A stretch of DNA of 64,000 nucleotides from Mobula hypostoma. Lineage: Eukaryota. This document shows, one piece after another, positions 36,230 through 48,923 of the stretch. A program made the translations under genes and the position numbers. Under the pieces are notes generated by a model, which had not been told where the DNA came from, searched no databases, and worked only from the letters and a program-made list of their open reading frames with translations. The stretch spans positions 124,001 through 188,000 of the forward strand of contig NW_026948254.1 in assembly GCF_963921235.1 (NCBI RefSeq), given 5' to 3'. Numbering within the stretch: the first letter of the stretch is position 1; each line of letters begins with the position of its first letter.

Positions 36230-36900
36230 CTGCACCAGTGCTGGAGGAACGCAGCCGGTCAGGAAATGAATGAGCAGTTGAGGTTGCGGGTGCGAACCTA
36301 AAACAAAGCTGGATTATATAAAAAAAAAGGAGGAAGATGCCGAAAAAAGAATGTTTGGGGTCGCGGGAGGAAGACAAGCCGGAAGGTGATAGGTGAAGTC
36401 AGTTGATTGGAGTAACGTGACCAAGTAAGAGGCTGGGAGGTAATTAGCGGAAAAGGCAAAGTGCTTGAGAAGAAGGAACCTGACAGGAGAGGAGAGCGGA
36501 TCGTGGGTGAAAGGGAAGGAGGAGAGGCATCCGGGGGAGAGGAAAGACAGATGAGGAGAAGAGTAAGAGTCAGAGTGGAGAATTGCAGAAGAGGGAAGGG
36601 AGAGACGGAAATTTTGGGAGATGGAGATATCCATGTCCATGCCATAAGACAGGAGGCTATTTTGACGGAATAAAACATGTTACTCCTCCAATGAGAGATT
36701 GGCCATATCGTGGTAGAAGAGGAGGTTATAGATATGTCAGACCGGCAATGGGGATAGAAATGGAAACGGTTGGCTACTGGAATATTTTGTCGTTGGAGCT
36801 GATGTGCCGACAGTCGGCCAGAGAGAGGTCTGTTCGTATATTGCCACAGATGCCGCCTGACATGTTGACTTCAATCCAGTATTTTGTATGTGTTGCAATT
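36230..36900 (-). mobile_element. Old Penelope-like element fragment
   Basis: ggaggaacgcagccggtcagg terminus, purine-rich pLTR body similar to 63270-63640, short inverted terminus at ~36845-36895. Confidence 0.6.
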
Positions 36901-37204
36901 CATTCGATGAACGATCTGGTGGGTTGACTATCTTCGTAAGCCTGGATGCGATATTAGTTTGAGACCCTTCACTATATTACACGGACATACAAACAATTTA
37001 ATCTGCTTTATATAATTTTATTGTAAGATCTATCACCGAAACAATTCTCAGGGTGAAACAGACAGCCAATGACAATACAACATTGGTCTCTGATGTCCGT
37101 GTCCATGGAGACAAGGAATGACACGATCAACAATAACAATCATGAATCTGAGAGGTGAGTCTGAGCGTTTTTCGCAACAACATTCACCGACTATGAATCG
37201 TTTT

Positions 37205-37439
37205 AGAGATTTTGCAATTCCGTGTCAAGCTATCCATACCTCATCACATTTGGGAATTTACTTGAATGACATCATGATTATTTTTATCCCAGCTGTTGGA
37301 AGACACGTCAGCCTTGTGTAATATTGAATATTCAGTGTGCCGGAGCGAGTATAAATGAATGAGCGTGGAGATTCATCAGCTCAGAGTTTCCTTCAGCGAG
37401 ATCCGGGGCAGCTGGAAGACAGGTTGAATGTCACACAAT
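37205..37439 (+). promoter_or_regulatory. Conserved proximal promoter/5' UTR of copy C
   Basis: CAGCTG 37290-37295, ACACGTCA 37303-37310, TGAATATTCA, TATAAAT 37350-37356. Confidence 0.7.
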
Positions 37440-37506
37440 ATGCTTGAAACATTTTTCCGTGTGAGAAAGATATACTTCTTGATCATTGCAGTTATTGGTG
37501 TTCCCG
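37440..37506 (+). CDS. gpr139-like: GPR139-like copy C, exon 1 (MLETFFRVRKIYFLIIAVIGVP, phase 1)
   Basis: 67 nt, donor G|gtaaga; an in-frame upstream ATG also exists at 37428. Confidence 0.88.
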
Positions 37507-38841
37507 GTAAGAACAGAGGCGAACTAACATTTGCTGTCCTGTGTGAGCGGTCTTTGGACTCGTTCAGTTACCGACAGCGTTGTGATGCCGGTGTATCAGT
37601 GAGTGCGATGCGGACATTGTAACGAACTCTGTGTTCAATCCGTGACCTCGACTGAAAATAAACCGGCAGTTGAAACGGCTGTAGAGCGGATGATAGAATG
37701 GATAGATCCATTTTGCAGATCCATGACCGACAGTTGTGATTTATCAATGCAAAGCCTCTGTCAAAGTAAACTCCGATAATCCAGCGCGCTCGGCATCTTT
37801 ACGGGCTACATGGTGATATTCTGAATCAATAGCGTTACATGCTTCACATTCAGATTTATCGTATTGCGCTGTGTTTTCAAAAACTTGCTTCAAGTTGGAC
37901 GGGATCGCGGAAGCGGGTCGCCGGCGAGATTCAGCGGAGAACGGTAGACATCACTTGTGAGTTAGACTCCGAACCATCGTGAGATTCCAAAGTTCAAACA
38001 AGGGTCTGTTTGCGCTTTAGTGCACCAGGGTTTGTTTCCATGCCCCACGATACGTGTAGTGAAGAGAGAGTTAAGAGCCAACCCAGCAGTGTCTGTTGGA
38101 GTCGGACGGGATAAGGTACATACGATACTCCACTCTGGAACGATAAGCTTCACAGCATTTAAAATAATGCTACAGTAATTTTGGAGCAACGCCTCAAACA
38201 GCGAATATCTTGAAAAATATACATTGGCTTTCCTATGGAAACTGGATGGTTTAAGCACTAGCGTTCAAAATACATGAAAACCATTTCAAATCGGGAATTA
38301 GAACTTCCTGATTGCAATCGACCGCAGTCAAGCGTAGTTGCAGAATTTTAAAGAAGCGAAGCGACAGAGGTCGCTGTTCGCGGATGGCAAACGGGAGTTG
38401 GGGAGGAGGAGAAGACATGTGAATGGGAGACAGAGGTGGAGGGAGCGGGGCTTCGCTGCATGGGCCGATTCCAGAATGTATGTGACAGAAACGTAGCAAA
38501 CATCGTCGATCAGAAATTTCCGATGTATCCAAGCTTCATAGATGTCAAAAACTTGATGGTTGGAGATTTGTAATGATTTCTCCAAACCAGAGAATATTCC
38601 CCGATTCGTTGACAATGCCTCCTTCCCAAACCCTGCTCCTCTTCCTGGACCGAGTACTGTTACCATTCACCCAGCATGTAACTGTAAGAGGCATCTACGA
38701 GTCCCACTTTACACCTGTTAAACTCCAGAAATGCGTTGTCTCCAAACTTTGATTGTTCTCAATTTTTATGCACTTCTCTTGCGCTGAGACCCGTGTGGCG
38801 GCGGGATAGTAATTCGCTCATTATTTCTGCTGTTTCTCCAG

Positions 38842-39749
38842 TGAATTTAGTGGCGATTGTGATCCTGTCCCGGGGAAAGTACGGCCTCTCCACCTGCACC
38901 ACTCGCTACCTGGTGGCCATGGCAACGGATCTACTGACCATCATCTTTCAGGTTATATTGGGGCGGGTCTTTAACGATTACTTGCTCGGGACGTTTCTGG
39001 ACATCACCGCCGTATGCAGTGTGAACTATGTCCCCTTAAGGGCTGCCACTGACTGTTCTGTCTGGTTCACCGTCACCTTTACGTTTGATCGGTTTGTCGC
39101 CATCTGTTGCCAGAAGCTGAAAGCAAAATATTGCACCGGGAAAACTGCGGCTGTAGTTTTGACAACAACCGGCGTTCTTTTCTGTTTTAAAAATGTGCCC
39201 TACTTCTTTATGTATCGACCAATGAAAGTAATTGATAATATACCCTGGGGCTGCATTCGTAAATCGAGTTATTATACGGATCGCAGGTGGGTGGGATATA
39301 GCTGGCTTTCTACCGTTCCAGCGCCATTGCTCCCGTTCGTGTTAATACTCCTGTTCAACACTCTGACAGTCAGACACATTTTAGTGACTAGTCGCGTCCG
39401 TAAGGGGCTGAGGGGTCAGAGCAAGGAGGAGAACCGCAGTGACCCGGAGATGGAGAGCAGGAGGAGGTCTGTGATCTTACTTCTCACCGTCTCCGGAAGC
39501 TTCATCACCCTGTGGTCAGTAAAAGTTGCCGAATTCCTTTATTACACCATTGCTGGATTGGATCAGAATAGTTACAACGATTCGGAATATATATTTCAAC
39601 ATTCTGGATACATGCTGATGATATTAAGTTGCTGCACAAACACGTTTATTTATGGGGTAACTCAGTCCAAGTTCAGAGAGCAGTTCATCAGCGCAGTGAA
39701 ATATCCGCTCACGTCAATTATTCAACTAGTTAATAAACAAAACATCTAA
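38842..39749 (+). CDS. gpr139-like: GPR139-like class A GPCR copy C, exon 2 (908 nt; spliced product 324 aa)
   Basis: Acceptor tttctccag|TG AAT; open frame with TFDRFVAICC and CCTNTFIY; one-codon deletion in TM2 relative to B and D. Confidence 0.9.
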
Positions 39750-41519
39750 GCTCGCAGTTCTTTTTTTCGTCTTGACACTACGGAACTGGCGGTCAGCGGA
39801 GAGCGCGGCAGCTGCGAGAGTTGTTGAGAGATCGAGCGAAACCCGGATCCGGAACAGACACTTCGGCAACTGCAGCCTGCGACTTCCACCTCCTACCAAT
39901 TATTAAACTCAAACTACCTTTAATTTGTATTTTTAACTATATTTCCGCTGCCGTTACCGCCACATGTCGATCGATAAAAAATCTCGCCCTCCTCACTGAT
40001 CAAGCGATCGGCATATCCGTTGCTTGTCGTTGACGGTGAGGAAACGGAGCACCGAGCGGAAATACTGCCGTCACAAGGAGTCCGGGCGCAATTCACACTG
40101 AGCGCACCGAGGATCAGCTCGGGACTGCTCCGTGCTTGCAGTCAGTAGACAACACCGCGGTGAGATTTAACTGTGTGCATCCGACATCGGATCGGCACGT
40201 CCCTCAACACGCTACAAGCAGACTACGCTCACATTTACAGATATTTAACCTTCAAGATTCGTGCTTATCTGTATCAAATGAGTAGTTTGTATCAATTTCC
40301 CGATGTGTGCACCTGCCCAGGGAATGCCTGCACTAGGTCCAATTATCATCTGCAAAAAGTCTATTTCTAAAGATGACCGGAATTACTTTGTGAGAAAAGA
40401 ACGTTTCTTCCTCATTTCCCAGGGTGCCTGGCGGGGAGGGGTGGGTAACAAAAAAATGATAATAACTTTTAAAGACTTCTCAATTGGTAAAAGCTTTCCG
40501 ACTATTCTAGTGGGGGTTAGTACTGGTGGTTTTGGACATTTGCATAAATGCTGCCGTTACTATTGTGCAGTGACTTTGTAGATATTACTGTCGGTACAAT
40601 TTATACGCTGTTCATGCCATAGTCTATGAACTTTCCCCTTTAAGTCAGCATAGTTCTGCTGATTTCACTTCTGGATTTCAGAATGTTGTGTATGTTTGGA
40701 ATGGATCCATTAAGGAAGTTGTTTGTTTTTTTGTTTGTTTGTTTGTCCTGTGACATTCTATCGGGACGGTTAGTATGAATATGAATATGAAATAATGGAT
40801 CTGTCATCATATCAATGTCATCATATCATATCGGGCTCTCAAACTGAATGAGGATTGCATTTATAGTATAGCATCCTTTATGAGTTTGTCTTTTAAAGCA
40901 AGACTTTGGTGAATGATGTTTGCCTCTTGGTTCTGCCTGTGTAAGTAATCAGATTGAACTAAACTGTTGCGAGATCCTTTGATCTCTCACAGACTTCTCA
41001 ATTCAATTCAGTTCAATTTAAGTCTAATTGTCATTTATCCACATATGAATACTCATGAATACAGCCAAACGAGACAACTTTGCCACGGGGTCAAGGTGCG
41101 AGCCCACGTTACCAACACTCACTCACAGTAAGCACGGAAGATCATTATCACGTAATGAGAGTCCCAAACCCACATAGAATATCAGTAAAACACACAGCGA
41201 CGCAGGATAGATGCAGTTTAACATCGGACTCCCCAGTCCACCGATATCATCTGTGGACTGTCACCTAGACGACCGACTCCGACCAGGCGAATCCGTGGCT
41301 TTGAGGCCCAGTCCTCGCATTTACAAAGCACAACGAGACAAATATATATGTATATATTCCGGACCCAATATGATTGAGTTCAACTTGAAATTACATAGTG
41401 GAAAGAAAAGTCTGATGTAGCAGAATTTCAATGGAGTAAGGGAAATTACAGTGGTATGAGAGAGGAGTTGGCCAAAGTAAACTGGAAGGAGCTGCTGGCA
41501 GGCATGTCAGCAGAGCAGC

Positions 41520-42786
41520 AAATGGCGCGCAGAGAGCGACAGAGACTGGGGAGCGGAGCCGACGAGTCGGTGAGACGAGGGAGAGAGAGCGACTAGGACT
41601 ATGGAGAGAGCAACGGAGGGATGGACAGATTCGGAGACGAAAAGGAGTCTGCGGTGAGAGAGAGACCGACGCAGACATAGTGGGGGATATGAGAGAGCCT
41701 GGCAGAACAGACACGGGCGACAGAGAGACTTTGGAAAGAGTTTGACGAAGGGGGTGGAGATGCTTGTGGGAAAGGAGATTGCGAAAGAGAGCCGAAGGGA
41801 GAGAGACGAGGAGAGAGAGTCGGACGCGAGAGAGACACTGGGAGAGGATACGTCACGGAGGGAGAGCGTAGGAGAGACGGAGTGGCCAGGTAGAGAGTGT
41901 CTGGGAGCAGCGGGAGAGAGGGGCTGGAAAGCGGGAGAGACTGAGGACGGAGAACATCAGGAAGAGACTGACTGGGTGACTGGAGTGCTGAAGAGAGTGA
42001 GACCGGGGCTGGATGTGGCGACGAGAGAGAGTATGTTGGGGAGTGGGGGGGGGGTGTGGGGGAGAGCATGAGGAGATTAAGAGGGACCTTAAATGCAGAT
42101 AGTGGCCATGGTGAGCAAAGAGATTGGGGTGGGTAGAGATGTTAGGTGTGGATAAAGATTTGGCTTGAGAAGAGAGTTCGGAGTGGGGATGGAACTTGGG
42201 TTGATGAGAGACCAGGATGAGGAGAGAGACCGAGACAGAGAGAGAAGCAAGAGAGGTTGAAACCTGGGATGGAAATTGAGGGGAGAAAGAGAATGGAGTA
42301 TAGAGAGTCTGGAGGACAGAGAGATGGGTGGGAATAGGTAGGGGTTGAGAATGAGCGAGAAAGAGAGAGAATGTGCTGGAAAGAGAGAGCCGGTAGAAGT
42401 GACTGTGCGAAAAAGAGACTGGTGAGATGGCGAAGAACCTAGGGTTCAGAGAAAGACGGATGGGGAGACACACTGGAGGTTATAGTCTGGGGGACAGAAG
42501 AACGATGAGGTAAATGGGGAGAGAAAGCGGGGGAGAGAGACGGTCGAGATAGGCAGAGGGAGAATAGGATGCGAGAGAAACTGTGGGAGAGAGAGAAAGA
42601 CGGGGAAGTAAGAAAGACTGGGTAGAGGGAGAGTGACGTAGAGAGAGAGTAGGGAGAGTTGGTCTGGTGGATAGAGAGATGGGGGGAGAGTGGGTAGAGA
42701 GAGAGACTAGCCGAGGAAGGCTGAGGGGATAGATAGAGTCGGATGATAGACATTGTGGGTTCCGGGAGATGCTGAGAGAGAGCGAG

Positions 42787-42866
<80 letters not shown>

Positions 42867-44210
42867 GCGAGAGAGTAGGCAGAGTGAGGTAGAAAGTAGA
42901 GAGAGAGTGGGGGACGTGAAATACTAGGAGATAAGACAGCGGGGAGAGAGCCTGCGGAGAGAGAAATTATGGGGAGACATAGTCTGGGGAGAAGGAGATT
43001 GGAGGAGAAAGACGACATAGGAGTGCTAGTGGCGTGAGAGATCCTGGGGTGAGAGAGCGAGAGAGACAGACTGAGGGGTGAGAGAGAGAGAGACTGAGGG
43101 GTGAGAGAGAGAGAGAGAGACTGAGGGATGAGAGAGAGAGAGACTGAGGGGTGAGAGAGAGAGAGAGAGACTGAGGGATGAGAGAGAGAGAGAGACTGAG
43201 GAGTGAGAGAGACAGAGACTGGGGGTGAGAGAGAGAGAGACTGAGGAGTGAGAGAGACAGAGACTGGGGGGTGAGAGAGAGAGAGACTGAGGGGTTGAGG
43301 GAATGACTGCGGATTCAGACAAACTGGGCAGGAAGAGCCTTGGGGAAAGAGAACGCGGAACGGGAGAGACGAGGGGAGCGACACTGGGGAGCGACAGAGC
43401 CAGGGCAGAAGGCGTGAGAGAAAAACGAGGGACACAAAGGGTCGGGGAAGATAAGATGTGGAAGGAGAGAGAGAGCTGGAGGCGAAAGAGACGGGGGGCA
43501 CTGCAGGAAGAAACGGGAGCGGGTGAACGTACAGAGAACAGCGAGAGAGAGAGAGAGGTGGAGACTCAACGAGAAGACTGGGAGAAAGAAGGAATTTGGG
43601 GGACAGAGGGTCCGGGATGCTGAGGAGAGTGAAAGTAGGGAGGGAGAGTGAGACGCAGAGAGAGACTGTGGATTGAGAGAAAGAGCAGGGGAGAGAGACG
43701 GTGGACTTGAACGGGGACAGAGATCGGGCTGAGGAGAGAGACCTGCAGGACAGATGGTTCGAAAGATCGGAGTGTGGAAGGAAATTGGGGTGGGAAAGGC
43801 ACTGGAAGGAGAGAGATCAGATGTCAAAAGCGACGGATGGTGGGACGGTAGAGGCAGCCAGAGGAAAAATGTGGTGGGAGGGGGAGAGAAGAAAGAGAGA
43901 GAGAGAGACGCGCGTAGGAAAGGCGGACTGGAGAGAGGGTGAGACGGGGAGAGAGAATATCGATAGAACACGAGAGGGAGGCCGGAGGGAGTGATTTGTC
44001 GGGGGTTGTTGAGACAGTTGGAGAGAGACCTCAGGTCTGGAGAGAGACGCAGGTGACTGACTGGGAGATGATAGAGACTAGGAGAAAGCCCGGTGGAGGT
44101 GAGGCGAGAGACTAGATGTTAGAAAGAGCCGGCAGAGCAAGAGACTGGAGGAGGGCGATAGAGAGACTGGGGGCTGAGTGAGAGACTGGGATGAGGGAAG
44201 ATAGGGCATT
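41520..44210. repeat. GA-rich low-complexity block with (GT)n(GA)n (42788-42865) and a gactgagggg(t)(ga)n tandem array (43045-43295); short CR1 fragments on both sides
   Basis: Direct inspection. Confidence 0.88.
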
Positions 44211-45339
44211 GTGAGTCAAAGAAAAGGCTTATGTACCGTGAGTCATTAGAGGGTTTTCATACCAGCACGCCATTTTAGGATTTTACAGCTTCCATTGCAA
44301 AATCACTCTACAACATCCATCCAGCCCTTTCCGTCTCGGTCTGACCACTCCCTCCCTGTCACATTGATCACACTCTCCACCCCTTTTCGCGATCTCCATT
44401 TCGCGACCCGCCACTCTTTCTCTCCCGAACACCCCCACCTGCATCCCCTCCTCCGACCTATCCTTCACTCTCTCCTTCTCTCCGGCTAACCGGAGAAATC
44501 GCCCTCCCTGCCCTCCTTGGCCCCCCTTGTCCTTCCCGAACGGGACGGTGTCTGCCTGCTGGCGAGAGGTGGATTGCCCCGGGTAGGACGCGGACGGGAT
44601 ACAGGCAGCCCTCTCTCCAGTCTGCAGTCGGATTTAGAGTCGTAGCCGGAGCGCAGTGCAGCCTAGAGCCGGGCCGGACTGGAAGTGGGTAGGGAGAATC
44701 CGGCCCATGTCGCTGTCCTTGTACCGTGAAGTACCCGTTCCTCCTCCACCCTCCCGCTCCCTTCTACTCCCTATTCAATACGGTGATTCGCCTGTGCCGA
44801 CCCTCATCCGAACACAAAACGCCCCCGACCTCCTGCCTCTGTCCCAGGCTATAAGGGTGCTGAGGGCGCAGGAGCGTCCCGAGTGTGTGCGCAGACGGGC
44901 CTCGCTTGCGAGGCGTTTCGGGTCGATAGGTCCTGAGGCCGAAGAGGCTGTGGGAAGCTGAGAGAAGGTTGGAGATTTACCTCACCCCCGTGATCCATGG
45001 GGGAGAGCCGGCCCGGTAGGTGTGTGATCAGAAGTCCCGGCACTCGTGGGTTTGGCGGTGCTCCTGGGCTCGGTGATTCCGTAGCCTGGAGGGCAAAGGA
45101 AGGGTGGGGTGAGAGCATGGGAATGCGGAGTCCGGCCGGTAGGGGGAGCTACTGGATGGAGGGATGGGGTGGGCGAGCTCGATTTGTCATTTCAACTATT
45201 TATGGAACAACACAAACCTAACACTTGTGAAAAATAGAGAAAAAAAATCGTATTTTAGTGTACCTCACTCTGCACTGGCACCCGCCTTCCGTAACCGGGG
45301 ACACACACTAATCCTAGAGACTCGTGCCTGTACCAAAAT

Positions 45340-45600
45340 AATGCCAACATCTCGCTATGGCTCCCCAGCCTCGTGTCACCCCAAACTAACCCCACTGCCC
45401 CATTAAGTCCCAGCTTATTCCCCACAGCATTGTGTCAGTCCTTAAACTAATCCCTCTGCCCCGCTCTCTCCCCACACCCCCGTGTCAGTCCCCAAACGAA
45501 TCACTTCACCGCGATCACTCTCTACGAACCTATGTCAGTCCCTGAACTAATCACACTGTCGTGCTCTCTCCCCACACCCCCGTGTCAGTCTCCAAAGACA
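45340..45600. repeat. Degenerate ~55-bp tandem repeat (cgtgtcagtccccaaactaatc...)
   Basis: About five imperfect copies. Confidence 0.7.
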
Positions 45601-45805
45601 TTAATTGGCTAAATGTAATTATAATCCTATTAGACTCGAATATCCGAGCTAAAACAGGGAAAGGGTGCGCTCTGGAAAATGCATAACGGAAGTGAGAAGT
45701 TGTTTTAGGCAGCACCTACATAGGGTGCAGGATAGGTGGATAGTTTGGCAAGAGATGTAGATCATCTAATCAAGAGGGGGAGAAAAAGCCGACCAGGTTT
45801 AGAAA

Positions 45806-45991
45806 CACACACAAAAATTGCCGGGGAATGCAGCAGGCCAGGCAGCATCTATAGGAAGAGATACAGTCGACGTTTCGGGCCGAGACCCTTCGTCAGGACC
45901 TCTTCCTATAGATGTTGCCTGGCCTGCTGCGTTCACCAGCAATTTTTGTGTGTGTTGCTTGAAATTCCAGCATCTGCAGATTTCCTCGTGC
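45806..45991. mobile_element. Penelope-like insertion with inverted arms around a minus-strand hammerhead
   Basis: 13-bp TSD ccaggtttagaaa at 45793-45805 and 45992-46004. Confidence 0.85.
45865..45900 (-). ncRNA. Minimal type I hammerhead ribozyme motif
   Basis: Reverse complement reads GGTC-CTGACGA-A-GGG-tctcgg-CCC-GAAA-CG-TC-GACT. Confidence 0.7.
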
Positions 45992-47395
45992 CCAGGTTTA
46001 GAAAGCTAGGATCGGACACGGCTGTAGAGTTACAAGGCAGCCAGGGACGAACTGAAGAATGGAATTAGGAGAACAAGAAACCTCTCCAGAAGGCCTACAG
46101 GAGGATTAAGGAAAACCCGACGACATTCTAGATGTATGTGAAGAAGAGGGTGACTAGAGTGAGAGTAGGACAGGTCAGGGATAGAGATGAAACATATGGC
46201 TGGAGTTGGTGGAGGTGGGACAAGTCCTTAATGAGGAGTTTACTTCAATTTTCACCAGTGAGAATTCCTGGCGTTCCTGAGGAAGCGTTAACAGGGCTTA
46301 TGTGCGGCAACAGGACGAGGTTAAAAAAGAGGATGTTCAGGAACTTCTGAGAATCATTCGGAGAGATAAGTCCTCTTGTGAAGTTGCGAGAAACCCCAGG
46401 TTACTGGGGGAAGCGGAGGGAGAGAATGCTGCGCCCTTGACGAGTATCTTTGCGTCATCACTGCCGCACATGCAGTATCAGGGGATCGGAAATGGAAATA
46501 TGATCCCTTTGCTCAGGAAACGGAATAAGGATACCCTTGTAAATTATAGCCCAGTGAGTCCTACTTCAGTCATGGGCAAATTACTGGAGAACATTCTTAG
46601 AAACCGAATTTGCCAGGTTTGGAAGAACAAGATTTGGGAGAGTCAGACTGGTTTGGAAGGGGCAGGTCATGGCTCACTGACTAGTTCAATTCTGTGAGGA
46701 CGTGACAAAGCACATTGGTTAAAGTAGTAAAGTTGATCTGGTATAAATAGATTTTAATAAAGCATTTGCTACGGTTAACCATGGTAGGACCGTGCATAGC
46801 GTCAGAGGCTTGGTATCCAGGGAGAGCTGGCTGGTGGATTCAGGACTGACGCCCACAGAAGCCAGACTGTAGTTGTGGATGGAGCGTTTTCTCCCTGGAT
46901 GTCGGTGACCAGTGGAATCGTGCAGAGATCTGTTCTGAGACCCTGCAGTGAGCAGTTTGAGACACCCGCTTTTTGTGTTTTTATGAACGATTTGGCTGAG
47001 GAAGTGGAAGGGTGTATTATTGTATTTACAATGATGTGGAGGTTGGTGGAATTATGGATAGTATAGAAGTTTGTCACAGATTACAACAGGACAGTGACAG
47101 GATGCAGAGCAGCGCTGAGAAGTTACAGATGGAGTTCAACCCGAAAGGTACGAAATGGTTCACTTTGGGAGAATGGATTTGAAGGCAGAGGTATTACTTG
47201 CGTTAGTCAACCGAGAGCCGCCCATTAGTACGAGTTCCATAATAGAAACTGAGTGGTGAGACTCTCTCCAATTAGGCGAGGGACGCTCATCGGTACGAGA
47301 CCACACTAGGCACAGAGCGGCTCACTGTAAGAGCAGAAGGAAGTGTTATTGACAGGTGAGCTTGAACACATCCGCTGTTCCGCACATACTTAGTT

Positions 47396-48923
47396 GTGGA
47401 GATTGCGGAGGCATTAACAATGATCTTTCAAAAGTCGATAGATTCTGGCATGGTTCTGGAGGACTGGAAGATTGCAAATGTCACTCCGTTATTTAAGAAG
47501 GGGGCAAGGAAGCAAAGGGGAAATTATAGACCTGTTAGCTTGACATCGGTGGTTGGGAAGTTGTTGGAGTCGATTATCAAATATGAGGTTACAGAGTACC
47601 TGGAGGCATATGACAAGATAGGCAGAACTCAGCATGGATTCCTTAAAGGAAAATCCTGCCTGACAAACCTATTACAATTTTTTGAGGAAATTACAAGTAG
47701 GCTAGACAAGGGAGATGTAGTGGATGTTGTATATTTGGATTTTCAGAAGGCCTTTGACAAGGTGCCACACATGAGGCTACTTAACAAGATAAGAGCCCAT
47801 GGAATTACGGGAAAGTTACATACGTGGACAGAGCATTGGCTGATTGGCAGGAAACAGAGAGTGGGAATAAAGGGATCCTATTCTGGTTGGCTGCCGGTTA
47901 CCAGTGGTGTTCCACAGGGGTCCGTGTTGGGGCCGCTTCTTTTTACATTGTACATCAACGATTTGGATTATGGAATAGATGGGGCTTTGTGTCTAAGTTT
48001 GCTGACGATACAAAGATAGGTGGAGGGGCCGGTAGTGCTGAGGAAACAGCGAGTCTCAAGAGAGACTTGGATAGATTGGAAGAATGGGCAGAGAAGTGGC
48101 AAATGAAATACAATGTTGGAAATTGTATGGTTATGCACTTTGGCAGAAAAATTAAACGGGCAGACTATTATTTAAATGATGAAAGAATTCAAAGTTCTGA
48201 GATGCAACGGGACTTGTGAGTCTTTGTACAGGATATCCTTAAGGTTAACCTCCAGGTTGAGTCGGTGGTGAAGAAGGCGAATGCAATGTTAGCATTCATT
48301 TCTAGAGGAATAAAGTATCGGATCAGGGATGTGATGTTGAGGCTCTATAAGGCGCTGGTGAGACCTCACTTGGAGTACTGCGGCCAGCTTTGGTCTCCTT
48401 ATTTAAGAAAGGATGCGCTGACGTTGGAGAGGGTACAGAGAAGATTCACTAGAATGATTCCGGGAATGAGAGGGTTAACACATGAGGAACGTTTGTCCGC
48501 TCTTGGACTGTATTCCTTGGAGTTTAGAAAAATGAGGGGAGGCCTCATAGAAACATTTCGAATATTGAAAGGCATGGACAGAGTGGATGTGGCAAAGATG
48601 TTTCCCATGATGCGGGAGTCTAGTACGAGAGGGCATGACTTAAGGATTGAAGGGCACCCATTCAGAACAGAGATGCGAAGATTTTTTTTTGCCAGGGGGT
48701 GGTGAATCTATGGAATTTGTTGCCACGGGCAGCAGTGGAGGGCAAGTCATTGGGTGCATTTAAGTCAGAGATTGATAGGTATCTGAGTAGCCAGGGCATC
48801 AAAGGTTCTGGTGAGAAGGCGGGGGAGTGGGATTAAATGGATCAGCTCATGATAAAATGGCGGAGCAGACTCGATTTGTCGAATGGCCGACTTCTGCTCC
48901 TTTGTCTTATGGTCTTATGGTCT
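47396..48923 (+). mobile_element. Younger 5'-truncated CR1 LINE (RT with frameshift and stop, 3' UTR)
   Basis: DWKIANVTPLFKKG, NYRPVSLTSVVGK, QHGF, YLDFQKAFDKVPH, SGVPQGSVLGP, KFADDTK; gtcttatg tail. Confidence 0.95.

Larger units (their letters stand above)
45600..47190 (+). mobile_element. Old CR1 LINE fragment (RT region, degenerate)
   Basis: PL..K..K....NY.PVS.TSV.GKLLE.I; DF.KAF; SVTSG..Q.SVL.P. Confidence 0.8.

Noticed and set aside
41391-43994. Multiple S/L/P-rich and E/R/G-rich ORFs
   Set aside because: GA/CT low-complexity artefacts
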